A DNA stretch of 64,000 nucleotides from a bacterium (GCA_963662285.2 CAXXMV010000008.1:1280001-1344000), one strand, 5' to 3'. Counted from the stretch's first letter, positions 25,531 to 36,725 are shown. A program made the numbers and translations. The notes: a model not told the origin generated them from the letters alone.

Positions 25531-27549
25531 CTAGCGTTGATTATACTCTTCCAGCCACGCAAGGTTAAAGCGGTAATGCAATGCGCTGCTGATTAGGTGT
25601 ATCACGCCATCCGGAGTTTGGGTTATGGCCAGATATCCTTTGGGTTCAGCGTGAGTCTCGTCCATAGTAAAGGCGCCAGTCCATGCTCCACCATCCACAG
25701 AGTCTATTTCAGGAGTGGTTATCAAGCGTTTTGCAGGCCATGTTTTTCCTTCATCATAAGACAGTGCGGCGAACAGGCCGTATACGCGTTGCTCTTCGCC
25801 ATTAGCGTTTTTAACAATTACGCCTTGAGGATTTTTCAGATTGTCGGAAGAGTCGGTGAAGGAAGCAAAGAATAGTTGACCTCCACGTAAGCGCTTAAGA
25901 ACCAGTCTTTGTCCGCTGGAAATGGGCGGGAAGGGGCTGGCTGAGTATTTCCATGACTGCCCCATATCCTTTGATATACTCATCGGCATACGGTCATCAA
26001 TATTGTTGCTGCGTCCCAAAGCCAGTAAGTCGCCGTTCAGGAGTTGGACGACTCCGGCGTGAATCCCGGCGATCCAGGCGCCGGTTTTGCCATCTTCAAA
26101 CTCTGGCTCAGGTTTACCGAATCCCGGATCATTCCAGGTTGCGCCATTATCCTTGCTGACTAAAAGGGCGGTTCCGCCGCTTCCCCCGTGGACTGCGTCG
26201 CAGGGTTGGAGGAAATATCCTTCTTTGGTTTGGCTGAGTCCATGAATGATCTGGTTGCGATGACGGTGTTCAGGACTGATAAGACGGGGATGAGTCCATG
26301 TTAGGCCATTATCCCGGCTGATGCGATGAGTTGCGGCTAATTTCCCCCAGGTTCCATCGCTTTCCAATCCATTTATATGATAAATGGTTCCCTGTCCGTC
26401 ATTGTACAAAGCGGAGCCTGTCATATTGCGGTCAGGCGCTTTGAAGAACTCTGATGGTTCATCCCATACTTCCTTACCAGCCCGTAGGCGGGAAGCCAGG
26501 ATGGTCATTTCACGTCCCGCTTCGGTCTTGGTTGAAAACCAGACAGCTAACAAGTCGCCGTTGTCGCACCAGGTTATGCTGGGGCAATGGTTATGCCGAT
26601 ACATGGGAATGGAATCTTGATTTTCGGGGAAGCGTACAAAACGTATAGGGCCTTCGAAAAACGGTTGGTTGCTGGAAGATATTTTCGACCAGTCATACTC
26701 GCGGTTCGGCGCGTCCTTGGCCCATAATGGTTTATCTGGTTCCGGCAGCGGTTTAGTTTCGGGGATATCGGCCATGACGACGCGAAAACCTATCAACCAG
26801 TGTTTATCTTCCGGCAAGGTTCCCAGGCGATTAGCTGAGCGAAGATAGGGCGGCGTGGTATGATGGCTTCCGCCACGGGTGACTTTGAAGACTCCGGTAA
26901 TCCGGCCTACCGGATTGGTCTGCGTAGTATTAACGTAGGGGCCATACCAGTCATGGCACCATTCTTCTACATTGCCGTGCATATCGTGTAATCCCCAGGC
27001 ATTGGGCGGGGTTGATCCAACCGCCAGGGATACAGGTTCAGGCGTCTGCCACACATGCTGCTGGTTTTTGTGATAGGCTTCGGGAAATTGATCGCCTGTG
27101 TTGTATGCAGTGGTGGTTCCCGCGCGGCAGGCGTATTCCCATTCGGCTTCGGTTGGCAAGCGGTAGGTCTTGCCTTCTTTCTTACTTAACCACTTGCAAT
27201 ATTGTTTAGCCTCATGCCAACTTACATAAATCACGGCGTCATTATCTTTATCAGACAATCCATGTATACCCCGATAAGCGGAATGTTTTGGATCAAATTT
27301 CTCATATTGCTGGTTAGTTATTTCAGTGACTGACATGTAGAACGGATTGGTGATATCAACGCGGTGTATTGGTAGTTCATCGTGGTCGCCCTGTTTGCTT
27401 CCCATTTGGAATGAGCCGGGTTTAATGCATGTCATTTTTATTCCGGCGGAATTGACGAACGCTGCATGATCTGGCTTTACATGTTGATTCTGAGCGTTTC
27501 CCGCTTGAATTCCGATTAATATTATGATGAACAAATACGTATGTTTCAT
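25531..27549 (-). CDS. Secreted FGE-sulfatase (SUMF1)-domain + sialidase/BNR-propeller protein
   Basis: Signal peptide; RLPTEAEWEYACRAG, NAWGLHDMHGNVEEW, RGGS; Asp-boxes SRDNGLTW, SKDNGATW, SYDEGKTW. Confidence 0.9.
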   Translation of the reverse strand: MKHTYLFIIILIGIQAGNAQNQHVKPDHAAFVNSAGIKMTCIKPGSFQMGSKQGDHDELPIHRVDITNPFYMSVTEITNQQYEKFDPKHSAYRGIHGLSDKDNDAVIYVSWHEAKQYCKWLSKKEGKTYRLPTEAEWEYACRAGTTTAYNTGDQFPEAYHKNQQHVWQTPEPVSLAVGSTPPNAWGLHDMHGNVEEWCHDWYGPYVNTTQTNPVGRITGVFKVTRGGSHHTTPPYLRSANRLGTLPEDKHWLIGFRVVMADIPETKPLPEPDKPLWAKDAPNREYDWSKISSSNQPFFEGPIRFVRFPENQDSIPMYRHNHCPSITWCDNGDLLAVWFSTKTEAGREMTILASRLRAGKEVWDEPSEFFKAPDRNMTGSALYNDGQGTIYHINGLESDGTWGKLAATHRISRDNGLTWTHPRLISPEHRHRNQIIHGLSQTKEGYFLQPCDAVHGGSGGTALLVSKDNGATWNDPGFGKPEPEFEDGKTGAWIAGIHAGVVQLLNGDLLALGRSNNIDDRMPMSISKDMGQSWKYSASPFPPISSGQRLVLKRLRGGQLFFASFTDSSDNLKNPQGVIVKNANGEEQRVYGLFAALSYDEGKTWPAKRLITTPEIDSVDGGAWTGAFTMDETHAEPKGYLAITQTPDGVIHLISSALHYRFNLAWLEEYNQR

Positions 27550-27731
27550 TGTATTTTCCTATCCTTTTATGAATGAAGTTATGACGACTTATACAAATCT
27601 AATGCATAATCCGTAATATAAAAAGGTTAGATCAATATTAATGCGGTTAACAAAAGTATATTCGTATTGAAAGCGTATATAGTTGAGCGTAAGATAATAA
27701 AATCCATTAACGTTCTTAAGAAAGATATCCA

Positions 27732-30359
27732 ATGAATAACAAATGCCTGCTGTTATATGTATGTTCCATCTGGTTTGCGCTTACATTGAGCGCTTCGGGT
27801 CAGCAAGTCATCGACATTGCAGATGAGTGGAAATTCTCGACCGATCCAGAGGCGGCTGGAGAGCAACAGCAGTGGGCTAGTGTTGATTTCGATGATAGTA
27901 AATGGAAAATATTGAATGCGGGTATGCGCTGGGAGGATCAGGGCGTTGATGAATACGACGGTCATGCCTGGTATCGCAAATGGGTCACAGTACCCGATGT
28001 ATGGCTGAGCCGTCCAGTCTATCTGGCTTTTGGGGGGATTAACGATTGCGCCACGGTTTACATCAATGGAAAGAAAGCGGCGGCTTTAGGTTTCTATGAG
28101 GATAGCAAGAAAAACCTGTCCGTGGCGCGCGACTTGCAGGCGGTGGACATTACGTCGTATATTGAGGCCGGGGCAGATAACCTGACCGCTAAATCCGGCG
28201 CCAAGGTTTTGATCGCAGTTGATGTGTTCGACTGGGGTAAAAGCGGTGGGTTATGGGTTTTGCCTTGCGCTCTTACTTTGAATCCTGAATCCATGTCGGC
28301 GGTCGAGGCCAGTTGCGCGGTTGATTATGCAGCTCAGGAGTTGGTAGTGCGCGTGCTGCAAGTTAATAAGCAGACCGATCCTTTGCAGGGCGACTTCAAT
28401 ATAACAGTCACTCCTGATGGAGATAGCGTTCCTGTCTTGAAAAGACGAATCCCCATAGCGGCGGATGCTATGCCCACCGAATTTATTTTGCCGTTGCCCT
28501 ACTCGCCCGATGAAGTGAATTACACCGTTGATGTTACTGCTATATCGACTGAAGGCGAGAAGCTTGATGAAGTCTCCGCCAAGACAAAGGCTTTATGGCC
28601 CGCCTGTGTTGTTCGCGGTACTGAATACGCCGATGCGATTCCGCTGAATAATTTTGTATCTCAACTTTTCAATAATGAATGCCAACCCGGCGCCGCAACT
28701 ATTGGCTTTACCAATCCCAAGGCGGGTTGGGTATTCTTCAGCCTCTCACGTCCTAGCGCGTTGCCGGATGAAGCGCGGCTTATGCTGGACGGTGAACAAA
28801 AACCCTTGGCGCTACGCCGTTACTGGCGTACAGGGGCTATGGAATCCATGCGTAGATTGGATGCGGGACGGCATACCTTACGCATAGAAAACGCTGGAGG
28901 GCGTCGCCTAGAAATCAGGTCGATTCCAGAATTGCTTTTCTGTTTCTACCCGCCAGTAATCGATGTTCCTGAACATGGTCCTTTTGGATTGGAGTTTTTT
29001 GAGAAGTATGTTTTCCCTACAGTTAACACTCTGGTTAAGGAACTTGATCCTGATCCATTCGACCACAATGGACGGCAATATACCGCGCTTAATGAGCCAG
29101 ATGAGGTTGTTAAACAGTGGGTGCGCGACGGGCGTGAATGGATTGTGCGCGAGCCTCTCCCCGGGCTTGGTGAAGGATTGAACAAAAAACCACCCGTCCC
29201 CGCTGATGATGTATACAAAGTGTGGCGCGACAAACCCGGCAGTACTCATCCATTATCCAGCGGCATAATCATTGATGAGTTCTCCAACGTCTGGGCGGAG
29301 CAATTCGATGAATGGACTGCGGCGCTTGACTGTTTCAGTCAGTATCCGGCTTGGAACAACCGCAGATTTTATGCATGGGTTGGTGAGATTTACATGCATC
29401 ATCCCGGATTGGCATTTCAGGAAGTTATCAAAAAATACGATCACCGCCTGGTGTGGGAGAATTATTTGAGTGAAGGCGCCAGTGAAATTGCCGCCCGCAT
29501 TTACGTAATAGAAAAACTAGTCTCCACCATGCAGACCTGGCTGAAACAACAGCCCGACATTGGCCGTTATCTACTTATGTGTCCGGGAGTATTCTCTGCT
29601 GTTCCGGCCACGCTGAGCAAGAATCCCCACGCCGATTTTGGCGTCTTCCTGGACTGGCAGTTTAGGCTGATGGCGACTCATCCATATCATGCGGATCTGG
29701 CGGGCATAATTCCCTGGACCGCCCAATACGCCGACTCGGATGTACTGCAATGGACATACCGTTTGATGCGCCACTATTGCATTGAGGGAAAAACCGAACC
29801 GCTCACTACCGATCCCTACGATCTACAACATATCCGTAACGGCGATTTTAATGAGGGGCTAGAACATTGGACAATTGAAACAGCTGCGGATGGTAGTATC
29901 AGACCGGATCACATCAAAGATTTCGGCTGGATCGAGGGGCGGTATTGGAAAACCACTACAGGCGATAATCTGGTCCGCATCACGCGCAGCGCCCAGGGCA
30001 GCAATACGCTACGACAAACGATTAGGGGACTCGAACCGGGACGCCGCTACGCCGCTAAACTACTGGCTATCGACGCCGCCCACTGGACCCATCGCGAGAA
30101 GGCCGGGATTGCATTGCGCATTGATGGCGCAGTTCCTATTCCAGAGCATACTTTCCATACGCTGGTAGAAAGCCACGAGTCAGGCGCCGTCGAAGCCTGC
30201 GACCACCAGCAGGCTATGATCAACTACATCCGAGTCGTTTTCGATGCTGTTGCTGAAACAGCTACGCTTACTATCACCGATGATGTTTCCTATGGATTGC
30301 CGGATCAGGATTTGGGTTGCAATTTCGTTGAAGTGCAACCCTGGCGATGGGAGGAGTGA
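27732..30359 (+). CDS. Secreted protein with GH2-type sugar-binding N-domain and CBM-like C-domain; possible glycoside hydrolase
   Basis: WEDQG..EYDGHAWYRK, FGGINDCATVYING; C-terminal IRNGDFNEGL. Confidence 0.7.
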   Translation: MNNKCLLLYVCSIWFALTLSASGQQVIDIADEWKFSTDPEAAGEQQQWASVDFDDSKWKILNAGMRWEDQGVDEYDGHAWYRKWVTVPDVWLSRPVYLAFGGINDCATVYINGKKAAALGFYEDSKKNLSVARDLQAVDITSYIEAGADNLTAKSGAKVLIAVDVFDWGKSGGLWVLPCALTLNPESMSAVEASCAVDYAAQELVVRVLQVNKQTDPLQGDFNITVTPDGDSVPVLKRRIPIAADAMPTEFILPLPYSPDEVNYTVDVTAISTEGEKLDEVSAKTKALWPACVVRGTEYADAIPLNNFVSQLFNNECQPGAATIGFTNPKAGWVFFSLSRPSALPDEARLMLDGEQKPLALRRYWRTGAMESMRRLDAGRHTLRIENAGGRRLEIRSIPELLFCFYPPVIDVPEHGPFGLEFFEKYVFPTVNTLVKELDPDPFDHNGRQYTALNEPDEVVKQWVRDGREWIVREPLPGLGEGLNKKPPVPADDVYKVWRDKPGSTHPLSSGIIIDEFSNVWAEQFDEWTAALDCFSQYPAWNNRRFYAWVGEIYMHHPGLAFQEVIKKYDHRLVWENYLSEGASEIAARIYVIEKLVSTMQTWLKQQPDIGRYLLMCPGVFSAVPATLSKNPHADFGVFLDWQFRLMATHPYHADLAGIIPWTAQYADSDVLQWTYRLMRHYCIEGKTEPLTTDPYDLQHIRNGDFNEGLEHWTIETAADGSIRPDHIKDFGWIEGRYWKTTTGDNLVRITRSAQGSNTLRQTIRGLEPGRRYAAKLLAIDAAHWTHREKAGIALRIDGAVPIPEHTFHTLVESHESGAVEACDHQQAMINYIRVVFDAVAETATLTITDDVSYGLPDQDLGCNFVEVQPWRWEE

Positions 30360-30479
30360 ATCCAGGTTTTTTTCTAAAGAGTAGAAAAAAGAGCGGGATC
30401 ATGAAAACCATTTAAGGTCATGACCCCGCACTATATTGTTATGTATATCTCTACAACGACTGCATTGATCTTACATTGA

Positions 30480-31457
30480 TTAAAGACCAAAAGCCTTCTG
30501 CATCTGTTCGCGTACTATGGTCAAGCGTTTTACGTCACCACCGCCGACTTCGGCTGTAGCCCATCCGGTGAAACAGATGTCATCGAGCGCCTTGCGAACT
30601 TGATCCCAAGGAAGATCGTCATCGGGGCTGGCGATTTCAGCCCACTTGTTCTGGGCGCGGTTGAAGCCTTTCACATCGAGTTTAACGCAGCGGCGGCCGA
30701 AGGTGCGAAGCCATTCGCTGGGACGTCCGTATTTCCAGTGGTTGCCGAGATCATAGTACATGCCCACCCAGGGGCTGTTGAAACTGTCAATAAATTTAAC
30801 GAAGCGCTCGGCGCCCTGATCCGGAGCAGCGTCGTGGTCATACATCATGTGGTTCCAAACGTTCTCCACCAGGATCATTTGTCCCAGCGCAGCTGACAGG
30901 GGAAGCATTTTTTTGATCTCTTCACGCGCCCGTTGTTCGGTCTCTTCAACGGTTCCGTCTGAAGCGTTACCGAGCACGATCAGCACGCCGCTGCCGCCCG
31001 CTGCATGGGATACGTGGATGCAGTGTTCGATGTTAGCCCGGCCCTGGTCGCGCTCTTCCTGCTTGGCGCTGGTGAGACGTTGCGACCAGTGCGCATGATT
31101 GATGGCGTTGTGTACGAAAACGCCTGATTTTTGCACTGCTTCACGGGCTTGCTGTGGAGTGAATTCTCCGGCCTGATCGAAATCGACGCCATCGAAACCA
31201 GCTTCTCCCGCCATACTAAGCCGATCAGCACCCGACAGTTTTTTGCCGTTCAACTCTTTGGGAATCATACCCAGTTTACACGACAACAAAATGCGCTTGC
31301 CCACCGGTGGGGTTACAATGCCTGAGCAACCCGCCTCTTCAGCGGCCTGCGCAACTTTCGCTCCGCTCATCACCGCCGCCGCCGAACCCGCCCCCATCGC
31401 CAGGATGCTGCGGCGACTGATAGAAGACGTTTGTTTGCATTCAGATTCAATTTTCAT
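30480..31457 (-). CDS. Tat-exported sugar phosphate isomerase/epimerase (TIM barrel)
   Basis: SRRSIL Tat motif; ENVWN, YYDLGNH, GWATAEV. Confidence 0.9.
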   Translation of the reverse strand: MKIESECKQTSSISRRSILAMGAGSAAAVMSGAKVAQAAEEAGCSGIVTPPVGKRILLSCKLGMIPKELNGKKLSGADRLSMAGEAGFDGVDFDQAGEFTPQQAREAVQKSGVFVHNAINHAHWSQRLTSAKQEERDQGRANIEHCIHVSHAAGGSGVLIVLGNASDGTVEETEQRAREEIKKMLPLSAALGQMILVENVWNHMMYDHDAAPDQGAERFVKFIDSFNSPWVGMYYDLGNHWKYGRPSEWLRTFGRRCVKLDVKGFNRAQNKWAEIASPDDDLPWDQVRKALDDICFTGWATAEVGGGDVKRLTIVREQMQKAFGL

Positions 31458-31592
31458 AAGTATTCACCCACTGATAGGAAATTTTATTGCAATATACTTT
31501 ATTCATTCTATCATCAGGGATATGGTGATAGAAGTGAAATAGCGTTGAGAAAGAGAGAGAAATGGTAAACGCTATGCTATCCCTCATGTATA

Positions 31593-32918
31593 TCAGACGC
31601 CCTGATATCCGCTTGAATCGCGGCGAAATTCCTGAATATAAGCCACGCCGATCAAGGCCTTGCTGATGGTAGAACGGTTAAGTAGATGCCGCATGTCGAC
31701 GAATTCACCTTTTTCGACCACGTTCTTGATTTCATGATCTAAATTTACCGGACGATCAGGGAAAGGTATTGAATCGAACACCACGGCGTGGTTATGCAAC
31801 AAGACCTGATTCTCTTTGTTAAGACTGGGATGCATATAAAATACTCTATCAACTTCTTCCCTGTCGTACTGAGATAAATCAGAGTCCTGTTCAACGCCCA
31901 ATCCGCAAATCAAACCAGTGACGTTTTTATGACGGGGCGTTTCGTCAAAATCAAGCCATTCCGCAATGTTAGAAGGGTGCATTATATTTTCTCCATTATC
32001 TGGAGTGTTACCAATGACAGGTGAACGTTTTACGCCCGAACCATATACGGTGGGCATCTCCGCCCGTATGGCGACGCCCAGCACGCCCCAATAATCAGAG
32101 CGACGCTTATTAGCCAGTTTGTATAATGCTTGATAGAGTGAATCAATATCAACGCCATCACTGGAAGAACTCTCGAATAGCATTAGCTCATTAAAGCCAC
32201 CGGCGATTGATACGTTGAATCCGGTGCGGATTGTAATTTGTCCGGTGTCATTTTTGGGGATCAAAAAATCCGGCGTATCGCTGCCGTCAGTGGGCAGCCA
32301 GACCATGGTTCCACCTATGGTGATCATCTCTCCCATAATGGGGAAATAATCATCCAGGCATTCTCCCAAACCGCCCAGGCCGATGGAATACCCGGTGCTG
32401 AAAAAATTCTTGGAACAGAGATGAGCGGGAGTGATTCTGCTCTCCAACACATCTTTAACATCGCCCAATATATCTACAGCGCTATAAACGTCCGGTTGGG
32501 GGATTATACGGAACAATCCGCAATCCAGTTCGACAGTCTCCAAATCATCCCAATTGTCAATCAGCGATTGTTCTTGAATAAGTCTGCTTAAATATTTTTC
32601 CGCTTCCTGAGTTGATTCAAAAATCGGGAAAGCAGATGCGAATCCCACCATTTCCATCACATCCCGACAGTAGGGTTGCAAGCGGACTATGGTCATCGCT
32701 CCCCCCGATTGGGTAAAGCGCTTGTGGATTGACAAGATAATGCGCAATCCCGCGCTGCTCAGATAATCGACCTGCCCCATATCTAAGATCATGAAAAGAT
32801 CATCTGGTTCTAAAGCGGTCTTTAGCGTACTGGCGACATCTTTTGATCCTACTGCATCGAATCGACCTTGTAATGAGACATATATTATTTTATCGCGACG
32901 TTGGATATTAATTTCCAT
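31593..32918 (-). CDS. STAS (anti-sigma antagonist) domain fused to a large uncharacterised C-terminal domain
   Basis: LQGRFD...LDMGQVDYLSSAGLR. Confidence 0.85.
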   Translation of the reverse strand: MEINIQRRDKIIYVSLQGRFDAVGSKDVASTLKTALEPDDLFMILDMGQVDYLSSAGLRIILSIHKRFTQSGGAMTIVRLQPYCRDVMEMVGFASAFPIFESTQEAEKYLSRLIQEQSLIDNWDDLETVELDCGLFRIIPQPDVYSAVDILGDVKDVLESRITPAHLCSKNFFSTGYSIGLGGLGECLDDYFPIMGEMITIGGTMVWLPTDGSDTPDFLIPKNDTGQITIRTGFNVSIAGGFNELMLFESSSSDGVDIDSLYQALYKLANKRRSDYWGVLGVAIRAEMPTVYGSGVKRSPVIGNTPDNGENIMHPSNIAEWLDFDETPRHKNVTGLICGLGVEQDSDLSQYDREEVDRVFYMHPSLNKENQVLLHNHAVVFDSIPFPDRPVNLDHEIKNVVEKGEFVDMRHLLNRSTISKALIGVAYIQEFRRDSSGYQGV

Positions 32919-33104
32919 CAGTTGTGTTCCTCTATAGTGGTATGGGCTATTTAAGCAGGATTTGATCGCTATTTCCAGACAATCAAGACATAGCAGAATA
33001 ACCGCCTGATGTAGACATTTCTGTGGTTATTTGAGATTATGGTTTTATTATGCGGCTATTTTGATTTTTTTTCTAAATTCTAACAAGCGGGGGAGAATAT
33101 CTCG

Positions 33105-34241
33105 ATGCGGATTTCTATATATTTCAGATTTCTAATGGTTGTGATTGCTGTTCTGGCAATTTCAAGTATGACATGTCCAGCGCAGGATGATATTTCTTTC
33201 CGCGAAGATGTTTTTGTAGGTGGTCAAGATGGTTATAACACCTATCGCATCCCGGCGATGGTTATTAGCAACCAAGGAACCGTACTGGCGTTTTGTGAAG
33301 GACGGAAAATGAGCGCCAGCGATTCTGGCGACATTGATCTCCTGGTTAAGCGCAGTGAAAATGGTGGAAAAAACTGGTCTAAGCAAATCGTCGTCCATGA
33401 AGAAGATGGCAACGCTCCCATAACCATAGGCAACCCCTGCCCGATTATTGAGCGTGATAGTAATACAATACATTTGCTATTCAACAGGAATAACAAGCGA
33501 CTTTTTTACACCAAGAGCATAGATGACGGTCTTAGCTGGTCTTCGCCAAAAGAACTAACCAATATGCTAAAAAACTTTGATTATCCCCTGGTTCGCTGTG
33601 GAATTGGTCCAGTTCATGGAATCCAGATGAAAAACGGGCGGCTAATCGCAACTATATGGGTAAATGATTGTGAAGTAAAAGATAAAGAGAAGAACCCAAC
33701 CAAGAGAAGATATCAATCCGGTATTATTTACTCGGATGATAGCGGCGTGACATGGAGAACGGGCGGCCTTGTCCCCCCCACCCTGAACCGGCTCAATGAG
33801 TGCACTGTACTGGAGAGACTCGACGGCTCTTTATTATTAAACATGCGCGCGTATCATTCCGGTTTTCGCGCTGTATCAAACAGCTCAGATGGCGGGATAA
33901 CATGGTCGAATCCCGTGCTGGACAAGAACCTTCCCTGCCCGACATGTCAGGCCTGTATGATTCACGCGTCGGGAAGCGAAATCTTATTCTTGAATCCAGC
34001 TGCATCTAAAGAAGGTAAATTTCTTGGAGCAAGCCGTAGAAATCTTACATTACGCTTGAGTGTGGATGAGGGACGTACATGGGCTTATAGCCGCGTTATT
34101 AACCAAGGCGCCGCAGGATATTCTGATCTAGCGGTAACCAAGGATGGCGCCATTCTTTGTCTGTTTGAAAACGGGATTGATAATTACCGCGAGAAAATAT
34201 CTATTGTGAAAGTCGATAGAAAATGGCTGACAACCAATTAG
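33105..34241 (+). CDS. Exo-alpha-sialidase (GH33-like)
   Basis: YRIP motif, multiple SxDxGxTW Asp-boxes, NEC, RRNL, GYS. Confidence 0.92.
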   Translation: MRISIYFRFLMVVIAVLAISSMTCPAQDDISFREDVFVGGQDGYNTYRIPAMVISNQGTVLAFCEGRKMSASDSGDIDLLVKRSENGGKNWSKQIVVHEEDGNAPITIGNPCPIIERDSNTIHLLFNRNNKRLFYTKSIDDGLSWSSPKELTNMLKNFDYPLVRCGIGPVHGIQMKNGRLIATIWVNDCEVKDKEKNPTKRRYQSGIIYSDDSGVTWRTGGLVPPTLNRLNECTVLERLDGSLLLNMRAYHSGFRAVSNSSDGGITWSNPVLDKNLPCPTCQACMIHASGSEILFLNPAASKEGKFLGASRRNLTLRLSVDEGRTWAYSRVINQGAAGYSDLAVTKDGAILCLFENGIDNYREKISIVKVDRKWLTTN

Positions 34242-34252
34242 GGGGAAATAAT

Positions 34253-36718
34253 ATGAAATCGATACGATTGCTTTTTATTTTGATATTTACTTTTGGAATC
34301 ATCACAAATGTCTTAGGCGACAATCAGAATATTCCATCCAAAGCGGAATATATCAAGAACGCCACTCCCTTAGAAGATGGCGGGATTTTTGATTTTTATA
34401 CTGATGGCGAAAACGGTGAATTATTTCTTGATTCACTCAACACGAGATATGAAGACGCTGATACTATTTACGAGATAATAGGTAATACATGTAATCTTTC
34501 TACTAAAAGAAAAGGCTCTTGGAGTTTTTCAGGCAAACTTGAATTAATCCTGTCTTCCCATAAATTGGTAACTTCTGGTTTTCATATCACCGATCCCATC
34601 GCCTGGAAAAGATATACTCAATGTATTTATTCTCAGGGTAAAGTATTTGGAACAAACACTCAAACACGAACATCATTTAATAATCATATACTTGGTAATT
34701 ATGCAAATAATAAATTACCCAAAACTGAATTATTTATCAGAATCACTCGTGACCACCAGAGTGATTTCTTTTTTTCTGAATACTCTTTAGATGGAAGAAA
34801 ATGGCAATTTGGAGGTTCCTGCTATTTGGATATAAGCGGCGATGAAGCTATTTATACATTATCATGTTGGAGCCCCGAAGCGCCAGGTCATGTGATCGCT
34901 TCTAATGTTGAGATGTCGCCAGCCATTCCCTACACTATACGCAATGTTTCTAAATACCAATATCTCTATGGTGATTTGATTCATGTTTCGCTGAAAGTGA
35001 AGAATCCCGGTAATAAAACCACTCATATTGAGATCAAAGAAACTCCGCCTGTACAATGGAATATTTCTGATATTGCAGATGACGGACAATATAAAGATGG
35101 CATAATCCGTTGGTCTTTTGACATGCCTCCCGGTGAAAAACATCTTGATTATACCATCGCTCCTCCCCCTGATACGGTTTTGATCCCACAGTTTAAGGGA
35201 AAAATCAATACCAGCGAAATCATGGGTATAAATCAACTTTTTAAGAGCCGCTTGGATCCATCAAAATTCATTTTTAGTTTAGTCAAATACTCCTCTTCAC
35301 TAGCGATTGTTCTTATCTTGCTGATCATGCATTTATGCATGTTTATTTTTTATCCACAATGGAAAGAGAACCTTGGTTTTTCTATATATCTTAGTTGTAT
35401 AATCGGCTTTATTATTCTGGTAGGCGCGGGTGAATTATTTTCTAATAATCATTTCCAATATGTTGTACGTACCAGACTAATTTTCTTCATATTATGGTCG
35501 ATAGCGTCAACTGCTTTACTATCATTTTTCAATCTTCTCTCTTTACCTGAATTACCAAAAAGGTTTTGGATATTTGCTGTATTATGGTGCATCTTTTTGT
35601 TTTGGATGTTTGTTATTTCAAATTCATTTCTGCCTGAAAAACTCGCGATATACTTGAATTTATCAATCTTCATAATTTTGAATGTAATAGTCTTAATTGA
35701 ATGCCTCATCACCATAACCAAAGGAATACGCGCCAAACGGGATGGAATTTTAATTATCGCGTTTGGCTCGTTCATACTCTTATCCGGCGCGCTTTATGCG
35801 ATTGTATATATGTATTCCAAAATCTTTAATTGGGCTAGTTTCGCTGCATTTTTTCGCTTATTTTATCTTGGTAATACCTTTTTGGGCATCACTGTGCTTT
35901 TGTTTCTTATCAGTATATCAATATCAATATCATACCGCTTTGCCCGTTCGGTTGGAGGATTAAAAACCCTAAACTTAGAACTAGAAGACCGGGTTGCGCA
36001 TCGCACCGCCGAATTGGAACAAGCCAATCATGAACTACGCGAGCTGGATAAAATGAAAACCCAATTCGTCTCCCAAGCCTCGCATGATCTGCGTACCCCG
36101 CTAACAGCCATCAAAGGAAGCCTCGATAATCTGTTAATGGGCATCGCGGGCGCCCTAAACGAAAAGCAGCAGAAAGTGATGACCCGTGCTACAACCTCAG
36201 TAGACCGCTTGACCAACCTGATCAACGACGTACTAGACCTAAACCGCATTGAGACGGGCCGCATCGTATTAGAAAAAAGCGACATCCCCTTCAAAGCCCT
36301 AGTAGAGAATATAATAAACGAAAACCAACCCGCTGCCGACCAAAAACAGATCACCCTAACCGCCAACCTTGGCGAAGAAGTAAACTTGCATATTGATGGC
36401 AGCAAGATTGAGCGCGTAGTAGGCGAACTAATATCCAACGCTATCAAATATACGCCGGATTGCGGGACTGTTGATGTTGGTTTGTCGCTTGAAGATAATG
36501 TAGTATCACTTACAGTGAAGGATTCCGGCATCGGTATGACTGCTGAAGAATGCAAGAAGATTTGGGAGCGGTTTTACCGGACTTCGGCTTCGCAGAAATT
36601 CGCTAAGGGTTCAGGGCTGGGGCTTTCGATTGCCAAGGAACTGGTTGAGTTGCATGGGGGGACGCTTACTGTTGAGAGCAAAAAAGGAGAAGGGACAACA
36701 TTTACTCTGATTATATAA
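34253..36718 (+). CDS. Membrane sensor histidine kinase (extracellular domain + 7TM-like region)
   Basis: SHDLRTPL, NAIKYT, DSGIG, GSGLGL. Confidence 0.93.
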   Translation: MKSIRLLFILIFTFGIITNVLGDNQNIPSKAEYIKNATPLEDGGIFDFYTDGENGELFLDSLNTRYEDADTIYEIIGNTCNLSTKRKGSWSFSGKLELILSSHKLVTSGFHITDPIAWKRYTQCIYSQGKVFGTNTQTRTSFNNHILGNYANNKLPKTELFIRITRDHQSDFFFSEYSLDGRKWQFGGSCYLDISGDEAIYTLSCWSPEAPGHVIASNVEMSPAIPYTIRNVSKYQYLYGDLIHVSLKVKNPGNKTTHIEIKETPPVQWNISDIADDGQYKDGIIRWSFDMPPGEKHLDYTIAPPPDTVLIPQFKGKINTSEIMGINQLFKSRLDPSKFIFSLVKYSSSLAIVLILLIMHLCMFIFYPQWKENLGFSIYLSCIIGFIILVGAGELFSNNHFQYVVRTRLIFFILWSIASTALLSFFNLLSLPELPKRFWIFAVLWCIFLFWMFVISNSFLPEKLAIYLNLSIFIILNVIVLIECLITITKGIRAKRDGILIIAFGSFILLSGALYAIVYMYSKIFNWASFAAFFRLFYLGNTFLGITVLLFLISISISISYRFARSVGGLKTLNLELEDRVAHRTAELEQANHELRELDKMKTQFVSQASHDLRTPLTAIKGSLDNLLMGIAGALNEKQQKVMTRATTSVDRLTNLINDVLDLNRIETGRIVLEKSDIPFKALVENIINENQPAADQKQITLTANLGEEVNLHIDGSKIERVVGELISNAIKYTPDCGTVDVGLSLEDNVVSLTVKDSGIGMTAEECKKIWERFYRTSASQKFAKGSGLGLSIAKELVELHGGTLTVESKKGEGTTFTLII

Positions 36719-36725
36719 ATTGTTT

